A stretch of 57,202 bases of DNA. Source: Rhodococcus sp. (in: high G+C Gram-positive bacteria) (lineage in GTDB: Bacteria; Actinomycetota; Actinomycetes; Mycobacteriales; Mycobacteriaceae). Positions within the stretch are counted from its first letter, which is position 1; every line of letters starts with the position of its first letter. The position numbers and the translations under genes were made by a program. Where the stretch lies: NCBI GenBank assembly GCA_049591685.1, contig JBAWFH010000052.1; one strand, 5' to 3'. A model generated the notes under the pieces. It ran no database searches. It was not told the origin of the DNA and saw only the letters and a program-made list of their open reading frames with translations. This document shows positions 42,201 through 51,024 of the stretch, in pieces.

Positions 42201-43231
42201 CCGTGTTGATGATTCCCAAGTTCACCACCGTCGCCGACGGTGCCTTCCTCGCCGACGACACGATGGTGGCGAGCTACGAGCTCGGCGGCGGCTGGATGCA
42301 CCTCGGCGACGCGAAGGTCGGCAAGCGTGCGTTCCTCGGCAACTCCGGCATGACCGGTCCGGGCCGTACCGTGCCGAAGAACGGTCTGGTCGCCGTGCTG
42401 TCGGCGACGCCCGACAAGGCGAAGTCCGGGTCGTCGTGGCTGGGTAGCCCACCGGTGCGGCTACGCCGTGCCGCAGGCAGATCGGACTCGTCGCGCACGT
42501 TCGATCCGCCGCGGGGGCTGAAGATCGCGCGCGCACTCGTCGAAACCTGCAGGCTCATTCCCGTCGTGGTCACGTTCGGTATCGGTCTCGGTGTGCTGTT
42601 CGGTCTCACCTCGCTGGCGGAACGGCACGGATACTGGCTCGCGGCACTGCTGAGCGGCATCGTCCTGTTGATCGCAGGCGCCGTCGCAGCCGCGATCTCC
42701 GCCGCCGCGAAGTGGGCGTGGGTCGGCCGAATCGGCAAGGTCGAACATCCGCTGTGGAGTTCGTTCGTCTGGCGCAACGAGGTTGCCGACACGTTCGTCG
42801 AAACCGTGGCGGCGCCGTGGTTCGCGCGTGCAGCAGAGGGTACTGCCGTACTCAACATGTGGCTGCGCTGGCTGGGCGCGGACATCGGACGAGGGGTGTG
42901 GTGTGAGACGTACTGGCTGCCGGAGGCAGATCTCGTGACGCTGGCCGACGGCGCGACCGTCAACCGAGGGTGCGTTGTGCAGACACACCTGTTCCATGAT
43001 CGGATCATGTCCATGGACACCGTCACCCTCGGACGAGGAGCCACTCTGGGGCAGCACTGCGTCGCTCTTCCCGCCGCGGGCATCGGTGACGGAGCCACCG
43101 TCGGGCCGGCGTCACTGGTCATGCGAGGCGACACGGTACCCGCGCACACGCGCTGGCAGGGCAACCCCATCGCTCCCTGGGCCAAGGGCGACCCGTTCAC
43201 CCGCATCGTGACGGCCGAGGACGGCCGGTGA
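39296..43231 (+). CDS. Pls/PosA-family single-module membrane NRPS (homopoly-amino-acid synthetase)
   Basis: A domain (FTSGSTGTPKG, YGPTE, YRSGD, GRADDQIK, PTRTSGKVDR); PCP (DFFQNGGGSL); three TM-flanked hexapeptide-repeat domains (LGAKIGK x2, LGADIGR; QTHLFHDR); no C or TE domain. TTG start behind aagaagga. Confidence 0.93.
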   Translation: MSVQSQSESAELQQSVAVPAEFLRSGRAPEERTLIDILRSTTSQFPDAPAIDDGTVSVTYRELLEDIDEGAQWLARAGVRRGDRVGIRMPSGSFSLYVAILSILNAGAAYVPVDADDPDERAELVFGEAKVSAVVTAGGIAAGTADKQDIPMPDTLTTPVPDDDAWVIFTSGSTGTPKGVAVSHRNAAAFVDAEARMFMQEDPLGPGDRVLAGLSVAFDASCEEMWLAWRYGACLVPAPRSLVRSGFDLGPWLVSRDITVVSTVPTLAALWPAVALEAVRLLIFGGEACPPELAERLAVDGREVWNTYGPTEATVVACASIMDGKGPVRIGMPLDGWDLAVVDGSGRPVAVGEVGELVIGGVGLARYLDPAKDAEKYAPMPSLGWDRAYRSGDLVKLELEGLLFQGRADDQIKLGGRRIELGEIDNALQSLPGVAGAAAAVRKTGAGNSVLVGYLASTDPDFDLEAARTLLAEQLPSALVPRLALVAEMPTRTSGKVDRNALPWPLPGKSDASELGGTAGWVAELWTTILGAQVSDENADFFQNGGGSLSAAQLVTALRERFPEITVAQLYDHPRLGSLAAYLDELKPPVEVVPREVEPTSRKAQWTQIAATVPLTTLTGLQWITWLGILFNVLSWFAEVPWAPTVSWWWILPAFVLFITPVGRMAISVVGSRMLLAGLQPGAYQRGGSAHLRLWVATRLTDASGASNLSGAPWMVYYARALGAKIGKGVDLHTLPPVTGMLELGDGCSIEPEVDLTGHWIDGDIVYIGAIKIGAGAAVGARSTLLPGTSVGKNAVVSAGSAVVGRVKAGQLWAGSPARKVGKAEHPWPQDAPPRAPQWIFAYGVASLFLSGMAIFSIGVSLVLMGWWLHTATTLLGALGRALIMLPVATLLSLGTFAAITLAAVRLLSIGLAEGYHPVRSRIGWQVWATERLMDSARTFLFPLYASLLTPHWLRLLGAKIGKDVEASTVLMIPKFTTVADGAFLADDTMVASYELGGGWMHLGDAKVGKRAFLGNSGMTGPGRTVPKNGLVAVLSATPDKAKSGSSWLGSPPVRLRRAAGRSDSSRTFDPPRGLKIARALVETCRLIPVVVTFGIGLGVLFGLTSLAERHGYWLAALLSGIVLLIAGAVAAAISAAAKWAWVGRIGKVEHPLWSSFVWRNEVADTFVETVAAPWFARAAEGTAVLNMWLRWLGADIGRGVWCETYWLPEADLVTLADGATVNRGCVVQTHLFHDRIMSMDTVTLGRGATLGQHCVALPAAGIGDGATVGPASLVMRGDTVPAHTRWQGNPIAPWAKGDPFTRIVTAEDGR

Positions 43232-44574
43232 AGGATCTCGGCTCGAAACTGGTGACACCGGTGTTCGACGTCGACGCCGGGGACAGCCCGATCGACGAGT
43301 ACCTGCCCGAGAACGGCAACCGGGGCTATCGCGTCTCGCGGTACGAACTGGACCTCGAGTACAAGGTCGACAGCAACAGGCTTGCGGGCAAGGCACACAT
43401 CACTGCGGTGACCACCGCAACGATCGCCAAGTTCAGCCTCGACCTCGGGCCGGCTCTGCGAGTGTCCAAGGTGTCGGTCAACGGTTCTCGCTCCGTCAAG
43501 TTCAGCCAAAACAACAGCAAGCTGAAGATCGTGCCCGCCAAGCCCGTTGCGTCCGGTGCGGCCCTCGACGTGACGATCCAGTACGCGGGAACTCCGCAGC
43601 CGATCAAGGGGTTCTGGGGTGAGGTCGGCTGGGACGAGCTGTCCGAGGGATCGATCGTCGCGAGCCAGCCGAACGGTGCGGCGTCGTGGTTCCCGTGCGA
43701 CGACCATCCAGTTTCCAAGGCCAGCTACGGCATTACGATCACGACGGACTCGCCGTACTACGCGGTGGCCAACGGCACCCTCGTCCGCACGCAGACGAGG
43801 GCGAGTCGCACGACGTGGGTGTACGAGCAGCCCGAGCCGATGGCGACGTATCTCGCGACCGTGCAGATCGGACCGTACGTCGAGCACTCATTTCCCGGCG
43901 GCAACGTGCCGATGAAAGCGATTCTGCCGCCTCGTCTTCGACGCAATTTCGACCATGATTTCGGCCGTCAGTCCGAGATGATGGACACCTTCGTCCGGTT
44001 GTACGGCCCGTACCCGTTCGCGGCGTACACCGTCGTGGTCACCGACGACGACCTCGAGATTCCCGTCGAGGCACAGGGGTTGTCGATTTTCGGAGCCAAC
44101 CACTGCTCCGGCAACCGCAGCTTCGAACGGCTTGTCGCGCACGAACTCGCGCACCAATGGTTCGGCAACAGCCTCACCCTCGGCAAGTGGAGTGACATCT
44201 GGCTGCACGAGGGCTTTGCCTGCTACTCCGAGTGGATTTGGGCCGAGAATTCCGGCGGCGCGTCCGCCGACGAGAAGGCCCGGCGCGTTCACTCGATGCA
44301 GCGCAACCTTCCGAACGACCTGATCCTGGGCGATCCGGGCCCGGACAAGCTCTTCGACGACCGCGTCTACAAGCGCGGTGCGTTGGCGCTGCATGCGCTG
44401 CGCACCACCATCGGCGACGACCGATTCTTTTCGCTCATCCAGCTGTGGACCGAGGAGTACCGCTACTCCACCGTCACGACGCAGGACTTCGTCGACCTCA
44501 CCTCTCGATTCGGTTGCCCGCGATCGCAGTGGGACGCCTGGCTGGACAACACGACGCTGCCGAAGATGCCGTAG
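43228..44574 (+). CDS. M1-family zinc aminopeptidase
   Basis: WFPCDDHP, HELAHQWFGN...WLHEG, VYKRGA; GTGA overlap with the NRPS stop. Confidence 0.93.
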   Translation: MKDLGSKLVTPVFDVDAGDSPIDEYLPENGNRGYRVSRYELDLEYKVDSNRLAGKAHITAVTTATIAKFSLDLGPALRVSKVSVNGSRSVKFSQNNSKLKIVPAKPVASGAALDVTIQYAGTPQPIKGFWGEVGWDELSEGSIVASQPNGAASWFPCDDHPVSKASYGITITTDSPYYAVANGTLVRTQTRASRTTWVYEQPEPMATYLATVQIGPYVEHSFPGGNVPMKAILPPRLRRNFDHDFGRQSEMMDTFVRLYGPYPFAAYTVVVTDDDLEIPVEAQGLSIFGANHCSGNRSFERLVAHELAHQWFGNSLTLGKWSDIWLHEGFACYSEWIWAENSGGASADEKARRVHSMQRNLPNDLILGDPGPDKLFDDRVYKRGALALHALRTTIGDDRFFSLIQLWTEEYRYSTVTTQDFVDLTSRFGCPRSQWDAWLDNTTLPKMP

Positions 44575-44591
44575 TTCGGCCCGCCTCCCAC

Positions 44592-44644
44592 CGCTTGAAT
44601 GGTCCATTCATACGATCGGCCAGCTCGTATGTCACATTCAAGCG
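44592..44644. repeat. 53-bp dispersed palindromic element, copy 2 (inverted relative to copy 1)
   Basis: Perfect 10-bp terminal IR cgcttgaatg/cattcaagcg; contains the MFS stop codon. Confidence 0.75.
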
Positions 44645-45879
44645 CGGGTTTCGTCCACCAGCACCCGCGTATTCGGTAGGTGAGAACTCGACTGGGTCCG
44701 TACGAATCCCCAGCACAGTGCGGCCATCACTGCGCCGAAAACGAAGATGGTGGGGTAGGTCACCGCCCCTGGCCAACGCTCGGTGATGGCGGAGAGAATG
44801 GCCGGCACCGCGAACCCGAGGTACGTCAGCGAATAGAACACGGCGGTGAGGCCGGCCAGGTCGTTCGGCCCGGCGATGCGCTGCACTTCCTGCAGGCCGG
44901 ACACCATGGCCATGCCGTAGCCGCAGCCGAGGACTGCCGCCGCGATGAGGGCCGCGGCAATGGTCAGCACCGACGCCGCCCACGCTGCGAGCAGCATGCC
45001 GACAACCAGGATCGTCAGCGCGACCAGTGCGCCGCGCGCGGCATCGGGCGTATCGATGCGGCGGCCGACGGCCTGAATGGCAAAGCCCGATCCGAGGGCG
45101 ACCACGGACATCAACGCGGACAGTGCAATCGGATACCCGCCGCTGCGGTCGGCCATCAGCGACGGCAGCACCGCGTACGCGACGCTGGCTGCGCCGAAGA
45201 CCCAGGGCGCCAACGGAACCACGACAAGCAAGAACCGCTTGTGTGACGCGGCGGGGATCTTGAGGTCGTCGATCAACCTGCCCCGGAGTTCCTTCGGCTC
45301 ACGTGCCCGGGTTTCGGGGACCGTCAGCATGGAAAGCCCTGCGACGAGGCAGATCGTCACGTGCACGACATAGGCGAGGTGCGTCGGCCAGGGCGCCCAC
45401 TGGGCGAGGACGCCTGCGACGCCCGCACCGAGTCCGAAGCCCGCGGTCAGACTCATCGCTGCTCGACGCGCGCCGACGCCGATGCCGTCGGACAGTTCCT
45501 TCAGCCAGCTGCCGCCGACGGCCATCCCGATACCAAGTGCGATTCCGCTCAGCACGCGTCCGCCGAACAGCAATGCCGCACTGTCCGATCCGAGCGCGAT
45601 GAGCACCGAACCCGCTGCCGCGACCGCCGTCGCAGGCAGCATGACGGGCCGTCTCCCGAGCCGGTCCGACAGGGGCCCGCAGATCAGCAGGGCCGGGACG
45701 ATTCCGACGACATAGGCGAACAGGAACGTGTCGACGGTGACAGCCGAGAAGCCGTGCTCGAGTCGGTACATCACCAGCAGCGGCGTGAACTCGTTGCCGC
45801 CCCAAGCCGCCGCGAACATGCCCGCGGCAACCAGAATCCACTTACCCGTTCTCGTATGCGTCTCCTGCGTGAGCGTCAT
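44638..45879 (-). CDS. MFS transporter (12 TM)
   Basis: WGGNEFTPLL, GPLSDRLGRR. Confidence 0.9.
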   Translation of the reverse strand: MTLTQETHTRTGKWILVAAGMFAAAWGGNEFTPLLVMYRLEHGFSAVTVDTFLFAYVVGIVPALLICGPLSDRLGRRPVMLPATAVAAAGSVLIALGSDSAALLFGGRVLSGIALGIGMAVGGSWLKELSDGIGVGARRAAMSLTAGFGLGAGVAGVLAQWAPWPTHLAYVVHVTICLVAGLSMLTVPETRAREPKELRGRLIDDLKIPAASHKRFLLVVVPLAPWVFGAASVAYAVLPSLMADRSGGYPIALSALMSVVALGSGFAIQAVGRRIDTPDAARGALVALTILVVGMLLAAWAASVLTIAAALIAAAVLGCGYGMAMVSGLQEVQRIAGPNDLAGLTAVFYSLTYLGFAVPAILSAITERWPGAVTYPTIFVFGAVMAALCWGFVRTQSSSHLPNTRVLVDETRA

Positions 45880-46526
45880 CTCGTGCCCCCTTCGTTCAGA
45901 CCGTGCGTGCGACGCATGTGCTTGTCGACTGCACTGGCGAATCCACCGACATCCGCGGCTTCGACAAGATCTGCCAGCTCGCGGTGGTCGTCGACGATTC
46001 GCAGGATCTGTTCGGGCTCGCGCGCGAGCGAGTGCGTCGTCATCCGCCGTTGCCGTTCGCGGAGTCCGGCGTAGAAGCCGTCGAGCAGTGGGTTGCCGCC
46101 GGCCCGCACGATGAGGCGGTGGAAGTCTGCATCGGCGGCGCTGAATTCTGCGTTCGTCCCGGTGGCGGCGATCTCGCGCTGTCGGGCGAGGCTGCGGCGG
46201 AGGGCAGCCACCAGCTCGGTGCGCACGCGGTCGTCGGTTGCGATCGTGCGCATGCTCCCGGTTTCGACGAGCCAGCGCGCGGACACCACATGCTCGGCCT
46301 CGCCGGGTGCGATGGGGACGACGAGTGCGCCGCGTTTGGGGTACAGCCGCATCCAGCCCTCGACCTGGAGGCGCAGGAAGGCTTCGCGCACGGGGGTGCG
46401 GCTGATGTCCATGCGTCCGGCGATGTCGCCTTCGCTGACCAGCTCACCGCCCGGCAGTTCACCGGTGACGATCAGTTCCTTGACCGTGGCATAGGCCTGC
46501 TCGGAGGCGGAAGGCATCTTGGACAC
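45876..46526 (-). CDS. GntR (FadR/FCD) regulator
   Basis: LPGGELVSE, ISRTPVREAF, DADFH, H near the C-terminus. Start is GTG 46526 (possibly leaderless) or ATG 46517. Confidence 0.92.
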   Translation of the reverse strand: MSKMPSASEQAYATVKELIVTGELPGGELVSEGDIAGRMDISRTPVREAFLRLQVEGWMRLYPKRGALVVPIAPGEAEHVVSARWLVETGSMRTIATDDRVRTELVAALRRSLARQREIAATGTNAEFSAADADFHRLIVRAGGNPLLDGFYAGLRERQRRMTTHSLAREPEQILRIVDDHRELADLVEAADVGGFASAVDKHMRRTHGLNEGGTR

Positions 46527-46609
46527 AACATAGATACTAGATGCTGGTGCGCTCCGCGCCCGTGTGCGTTGAAGCACACTGGGACGACACTAAAGAGACA
46601 CGGGGTAAG

Positions 46610-46714
46610 TCAGTGCCCGTCGTCGTCACCCTTCTTGAACACCCGGCGAGCGGTGGGAATGAGCGCCACGAGCACGCCGACCAGGACGACCACCGAGAAA
46701 ATTTCCAGCAGCAT
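46610..46714 (-). CDS. 34-aa single-TM small protein
   Basis: MLLEIFSVVVLVGVLVALIPTARRVFKKGDDDGH with RBS aaaggagc right after the DUF2752 stop. Confidence 0.65.
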   Translation of the reverse strand: MLLEIFSVVVLVGVLVALIPTARRVFKKGDDDGH

Positions 46715-46731
46715 GAAAGCTGCTCCTTTCG

Positions 46732-47130
46732 TTACGGTGCGAGCCAGCTGCCCGCGGGAATGTTCCTGACCACCGTGAACGCGGCGACAGCCACGACAGC
46801 GGAGGCAATGACCCACACCGGCGGAGTAGCCAGTGCTGTGCCCCGGATACGCGAACGGACCCACAGCCCCCACGTGAGAACTCCGACGCCGAGCAACACG
46901 ACCGCCACGACGTTCGACGACATCGCCGACGGGAGGTCCCCGCGGACGAGGTCACCGAATGCCCGCGTCGCTCCACACCCCGGGCACCACATGCCGGTCA
47001 CCGCGTGGAGAGGACACGGAAGGTACGCCGACGTCCGGGGATCGCGAACAGACAGCGTGGTTGCGCCGATCACTACGCCGGCTGCGACCGCCATCGGCCC
47101 CGCGAGGGTGCGAGAAGTCGACGGAGCCAT
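46732..47130 (-). CDS. DUF2752 membrane protein
   Basis: CPLHAVTGMWCPGCGATRA, FTVVRNIP. Confidence 0.9.
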   Translation of the reverse strand: MAPSTSRTLAGPMAVAAGVVIGATTLSVRDPRTSAYLPCPLHAVTGMWCPGCGATRAFGDLVRGDLPSAMSSNVVAVVLLGVGVLTWGLWVRSRIRGTALATPPVWVIASAVVAVAAFTVVRNIPAGSWLAP

Positions 47131-47139
47131 ACGCCCAGA

Positions 47140-48405
47140 CTAAGCGAGTGGACTCGTCCGAAGCACTGTCGGACCGACGGCGCGGCTCAGGGCGACGACG
47201 AGCACCGCGCATCCGATGCCAGACAGGATCATGGCTGATCCGAACATGGCCGTGTAGCCGAAGAGGTCCCCCACGATCCCGGCGACGATCCCGGCCGCGC
47301 CCTGCGCGAAGACGACCGCACAGGCCATGAGTGTGTACTCGCTTCCTGCGAAACGCTTTTCCGACGCATCCATCATCAGCGCGAACACCGCGACGGTTGC
47401 TGCGCCGCCCAACACATGTTCGGTGACGTTGGCGGTGATCAGCAACGGGAATCCGCCAACACCGAACGACGCGACGAGGTACAGGCCCAATGCGAGTGTT
47501 TGTCCGACGCCGCCCAACAGCAGAGCGTGTCGGCGTCCGAAGCGGAAGGCCAGCCAGGCGCCGAGCGCGGCGCCGACGAGTGCGGCGACCGAGGACACCC
47601 CTCCCTCCACCAACGCGATCTGGCCAAGTGTGAGACCGCTGTCCGACAAAAACGGTCCGACCAGCGCCGAGCCCATGGAGTTACCGAATTTGAAGGCGAC
47701 GATCAGCGCGATGAAGGCGAGCATCCCCGGCCGACGGAGTCGACGCCACCACGCGACGGCGAGCGTGGCCGGCGCCTCACGGACGGTGTCTTGGTCGCCC
47801 GCTGCGTCGGCTTCGCTCAGTTGCGTGCGCATGCACCACACGGGGATGGTCGCGACGACAAGCAGCGCGGCCATAGCGACGAACAGTGCCCGCCACCCTG
47901 CGAAGCTGAACAGCCACAGCAGCAATCCCCCACCGCACACCATGCCGATGCGGTAGGCGCCGACCTGCAGTCCGTTGCCCAGCCCTCGCTGCCGAACGGT
48001 CAGCGTGCGCACGGCAATTCCGTCGGTGGCCACGTCCTGCGTCGCCGAGAGTGCGTTCACCACGAAGATGCCGACGAACAACCACTGCAGAGTCGACGAC
48101 AGGTCCAGGAACGACAGCGCCAACGCAACGGCGGCCGAGGCGCACTGTAGCGCCAGGAGCCACCGTCGACGACTTCCGTAGCGATCGACGTACGGCGCCC
48201 ACAGAAACTTCAATGCCCACGGAAGAAAGAGCACACCCGCCGCACTGATCTGAACAAGCGAGTATCCCGATTCGCGCAGCACCACCGGCAACGCCTGGGT
48301 GAAGAAGCCGAACGGCAGACCCTGCGCGAAGTACAGCGACCCGAGCAGCGTGAAAGTGCCTGCCGTGAAGACAGCCGGACGCACCGCGTTGGTCATGCCG
48401 GTCAT
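47140..48405 (-). CDS. AmpG/RhtX/FptX-like MFS transporter
   Basis: LYFAQGLPFG, LPWALKFLWAPYVD, SATQDVATDG. Confidence 0.9.
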   Translation of the reverse strand: MTGMTNAVRPAVFTAGTFTLLGSLYFAQGLPFGFFTQALPVVLRESGYSLVQISAAGVLFLPWALKFLWAPYVDRYGSRRRWLLALQCASAAVALALSFLDLSSTLQWLFVGIFVVNALSATQDVATDGIAVRTLTVRQRGLGNGLQVGAYRIGMVCGGGLLLWLFSFAGWRALFVAMAALLVVATIPVWCMRTQLSEADAAGDQDTVREAPATLAVAWWRRLRRPGMLAFIALIVAFKFGNSMGSALVGPFLSDSGLTLGQIALVEGGVSSVAALVGAALGAWLAFRFGRRHALLLGGVGQTLALGLYLVASFGVGGFPLLITANVTEHVLGGAATVAVFALMMDASEKRFAGSEYTLMACAVVFAQGAAGIVAGIVGDLFGYTAMFGSAMILSGIGCAVLVVALSRAVGPTVLRTSPLA

Positions 48406-48447
48406 CGTGTCAGAGCGGAGCCCTCTCCGCCTCACCGCGACCGTGCG

Positions 48448-48822
48448 TCAGGGTTGAACAGTCACGGTTCCGACCATGTCGGGATGCGGAGTGCAGTGGT
48501 ACGTGAACGTGCCGGGCTCGGTGAAAGTGAAGGAGTAGCTACCGGACTTTGCCAGAGGACTACGAAAGGCCTTGTCGTCGGCGACCACGTCGTGCGCCAT
48601 GCCGCCGTCGTCGAACACCCAGGTGACGGTGTCGCCGACGCCGACGGTGATGTCCGCCGGCGAGTACGACATGTCTGCGACGGTCACCTGATTCGGCACC
48701 GGGGCCGCAGCCTGTTCGGGCGCGGGCGACGAACACCCGGCAACGGCTCCAGCAACGAGTAGTGCGACGGCGCCGACAGTAGAAATTCTCACCCGACCAA
48801 AGCTACCGGGCACCGCCGTCAC
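48448..48822 (-). CDS. cupredoxin (type-1 blue copper) lipoprotein
   Basis: Lipobox AVAGC; VGDTVTW, HDV, YHCTPHPDM (His-Cys-His-Met ligands). Confidence 0.9.
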   Translation of the reverse strand: MTAVPGSFGRVRISTVGAVALLVAGAVAGCSSPAPEQAAAPVPNQVTVADMSYSPADITVGVGDTVTWVFDDGGMAHDVVADDKAFRSPLAKSGSYSFTFTEPGTFTYHCTPHPDMVGTVTVQP

Positions 48823-48892
48823 GTTTCGACGAGCTACCTCGTCCTATCGATTGACGGCCTCACCCAGGGCCCCCGAAGAAGAGGACAGTCGA

Positions 48893-49345
48893 ATGCTTCC
48901 GCACGTCAACATCAGCAAGCAGTTTCCCGACGCCTACCGGGCATACGTCGAGGTGGACAAGAAGGCGTCCGACGCCGCCGACGCCGCGGGAGTCCCCAAG
49001 ATCCTTACCGAGTTGGTGAAAATACGCGTCTCGCAGCTCAACGGGTGCGCGCACTGCCTGCGCATGCACGTGCGCGACGCCGTGGCAGCTGGCGAAACCG
49101 CAGATCGGCTCGCAGTGCTCCCCGCCTGGTGGGAGACGCAGTACTTCACCGAGTCGGAGCAGGCCGCACTCATCCTCGCCGAGCGCATCACCCGAATCGG
49201 CGACGAACACACGGCACCCGAACCTGTCGTCGACGTCGCGGCCGCGTTGTCCGAACAACAAATCGCCGCCGTGACATGGCTCGCAGTAGTGATCAACGGA
49301 TGGAACCGCATCGCCATCGCAAGCCACTACCCCGTGGGCCCGTAG
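48893..49345 (+). CDS. carboxymuconolactone decarboxylase/AhpD-family protein
   Basis: ELVKIRVSQLNGCAHCLRMH, INGWNRI. Confidence 0.92.
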   Translation: MLPHVNISKQFPDAYRAYVEVDKKASDAADAAGVPKILTELVKIRVSQLNGCAHCLRMHVRDAVAAGETADRLAVLPAWWETQYFTESEQAALILAERITRIGDEHTAPEPVVDVAAALSEQQIAAVTWLAVVINGWNRIAIASHYPVGP

Positions 49346-49422
49346 TTTTTCTCGGGCCGTCCGCGACGGTTCGCTCGGGTAACATTTCCGCCGACGAAGT
49401 CCGACCCGGAGAGGCTCCACCT

Positions 49423-49866
49423 ATGACACGAACGCTGACGACGCGAGCCTTTCGAATGGGCGCAGCGCTCGCAACCCTTGCGTTCGTTCTCGCGTCGGCC
49501 ATCCTCGGCTCGGCAACGGCGCAGGCCCGACCGGCGCAGTTCGTGCCCGCCGGCGCCATCAGCCCGACTATCGGATTCGATCCCGCCGCCGTCGTCGAGT
49601 GGCGCCTGGACCAAGCCTTCGTCAACCAGCCGATTTTTGTCCGCGTCGACCCGTACCTCCCCGGTCTGACGGACTTCACGCTCAACAACTGGTGCAACTG
49701 CGCCATCAACTGGTTCAACCACACCTCACAGACCGGCGGCGTCGCATTCCCCGGTCCGCTCGATACCGGCCCCATCCGCACCGGATCCGGCGACGTGTCG
49801 GCCTGGATCGATATCCCCGGCGGATTTACTCTCGTTCGCGGACAGGGTAATTGGTGGGTTCCGTAG
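49423..49866 (+). CDS. secreted hypothetical protein
   Basis: RBS ggagagg, Sec-type signal ending ATAQA, followed by a terminator. Confidence 0.7.
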   Translation: MTRTLTTRAFRMGAALATLAFVLASAILGSATAQARPAQFVPAGAISPTIGFDPAAVVEWRLDQAFVNQPIFVRVDPYLPGLTDFTLNNWCNCAINWFNHTSQTGGVAFPGPLDTGPIRTGSGDVSAWIDIPGGFTLVRGQGNWWVP

Positions 49867-49900
49867 CGTCGGACGATCTAGCGAGCACCACTTTTGTAAG

Positions 49901-49938
49901 CCGAGCACCCCTGCTGATCATCGAGCAGGGGTGCTCGG
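49901..49938 (+). terminator. intrinsic terminator
   Basis: 15-bp stem ccgagcacccctgct/agcaggggtgctcgg followed by ttcgttgt. Confidence 0.8.
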
Positions 49939-50071
49939 TTCGTTGTAGGGGTGCTCGGTTCCCGATCGCTCGGGCTCTCGGCAGTTGCGTAGCCCCGCCA
50001 TATGCCTGCCGCACTTAGGCTGTTGCAGTGCATTTCATCGGTAGCCAGGGTCAGTACGGTATGCGGTTCGA

Positions 50072-50308
50072 GTGGGTCTCGCAAAACACGGGCTCGACAC
50101 CGGGAACTACTCGCCGGAATCCGACAGTGCTCGCGGGGCATGGCTCGACGCGAGAAACGACATCTCGACCCTACTGAATATGTCTGCAGGCGGAAGGGAA
50201 CTCATCGACGCCGGGTTTCCTCGCGATGTCTCCATTGCAGCGGAAGTCGATGCCAGCCGCGTCGTTCCAGTACTTCGGGATGACCGCTTCGTGAACACAC
50301 GTATGTAA
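50072..50308 (+). pseudogene. 3' remnant of 2-phosphosulfolactate phosphatase (ComB family)
   Basis: SPESDSARGAW...SAGGRELIDAGFPRDVSIAAEVDASRVVPVL resembles the ComB C-terminus; no N-terminal part is present. Confidence 0.65.
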
Positions 50309-50325
50309 CGGAGCACGCCTGCCCT

Positions 50326-50982
50326 TTACCCAGATCCTTTGCCGAGCTTCGCTTCCAGTTCCGCGATTCGCCCGAGCAACTCTTCCTCACGTTTCGCTGC
50401 GTCGCGCTGATACAGCGCGGACAGTCGGCGGACGTACTCGTCGTCGTATCGCGGGATGATGCTGCGGGTGCAGTTCCAATCGAACGCCTCGATATCGATC
50501 ACGATGCTTCGCTCGCATTGCGATGCAACGGTCTTCTCGCCCAGTCGCTTCAGCTGTTCGATCAATTCCGAATCTTCGACAGCCTCCACGACCCGAGCGC
50601 GGCCATACAGCTTCAATCTCTGTCGAAGCGGGTAGTTCACCAGGATTATGGCAATTCTGCTGTTGTGGTCGAGATTTGCCGCGGTGACATACTGGCTGTT
50701 GCCGCTGAAATCTGCGAAACCAACAGTGCGCTCGTCGATCACCTTCAGGAATCCTTTGGGGCCACTTCGATACTGCACGTACGGCCAGCCGGTTTCGGCG
50801 ACGGTCGACACGTAGAACTGGTCGGCGTCTCGAATGATCGCCGTCTCTCGGGTGTCGAGACGCATCGGGCCGGTGTCGGGACGTTCGGTGTGTGACCCGT
50901 AGGCCTGGTAGCTCCCCTTGGAGCGTTGGCGCGCGAGCGCCGCCGGGCCGAACATCAGATGGTGGTAGTGATTACTGCTCAC
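50326..50982 (-). CDS. pyridoxamine 5'-phosphate oxidase-family flavoprotein
   Basis: GWPYVQYRSGPKGFL, FADFSGNSQY, RLKLYG, AFDWNC. Confidence 0.88.
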   Translation of the reverse strand: MSSNHYHHLMFGPAALARQRSKGSYQAYGSHTERPDTGPMRLDTRETAIIRDADQFYVSTVAETGWPYVQYRSGPKGFLKVIDERTVGFADFSGNSQYVTAANLDHNSRIAIILVNYPLRQRLKLYGRARVVEAVEDSELIEQLKRLGEKTVASQCERSIVIDIEAFDWNCTRSIIPRYDDEYVRRLSALYQRDAAKREEELLGRIAELEAKLGKGSG

Positions 50983-51024
50983 GCCCGCGTCCTCCCCTTC
51001 GGCTGCGCTTCCAACCTACTGCAG

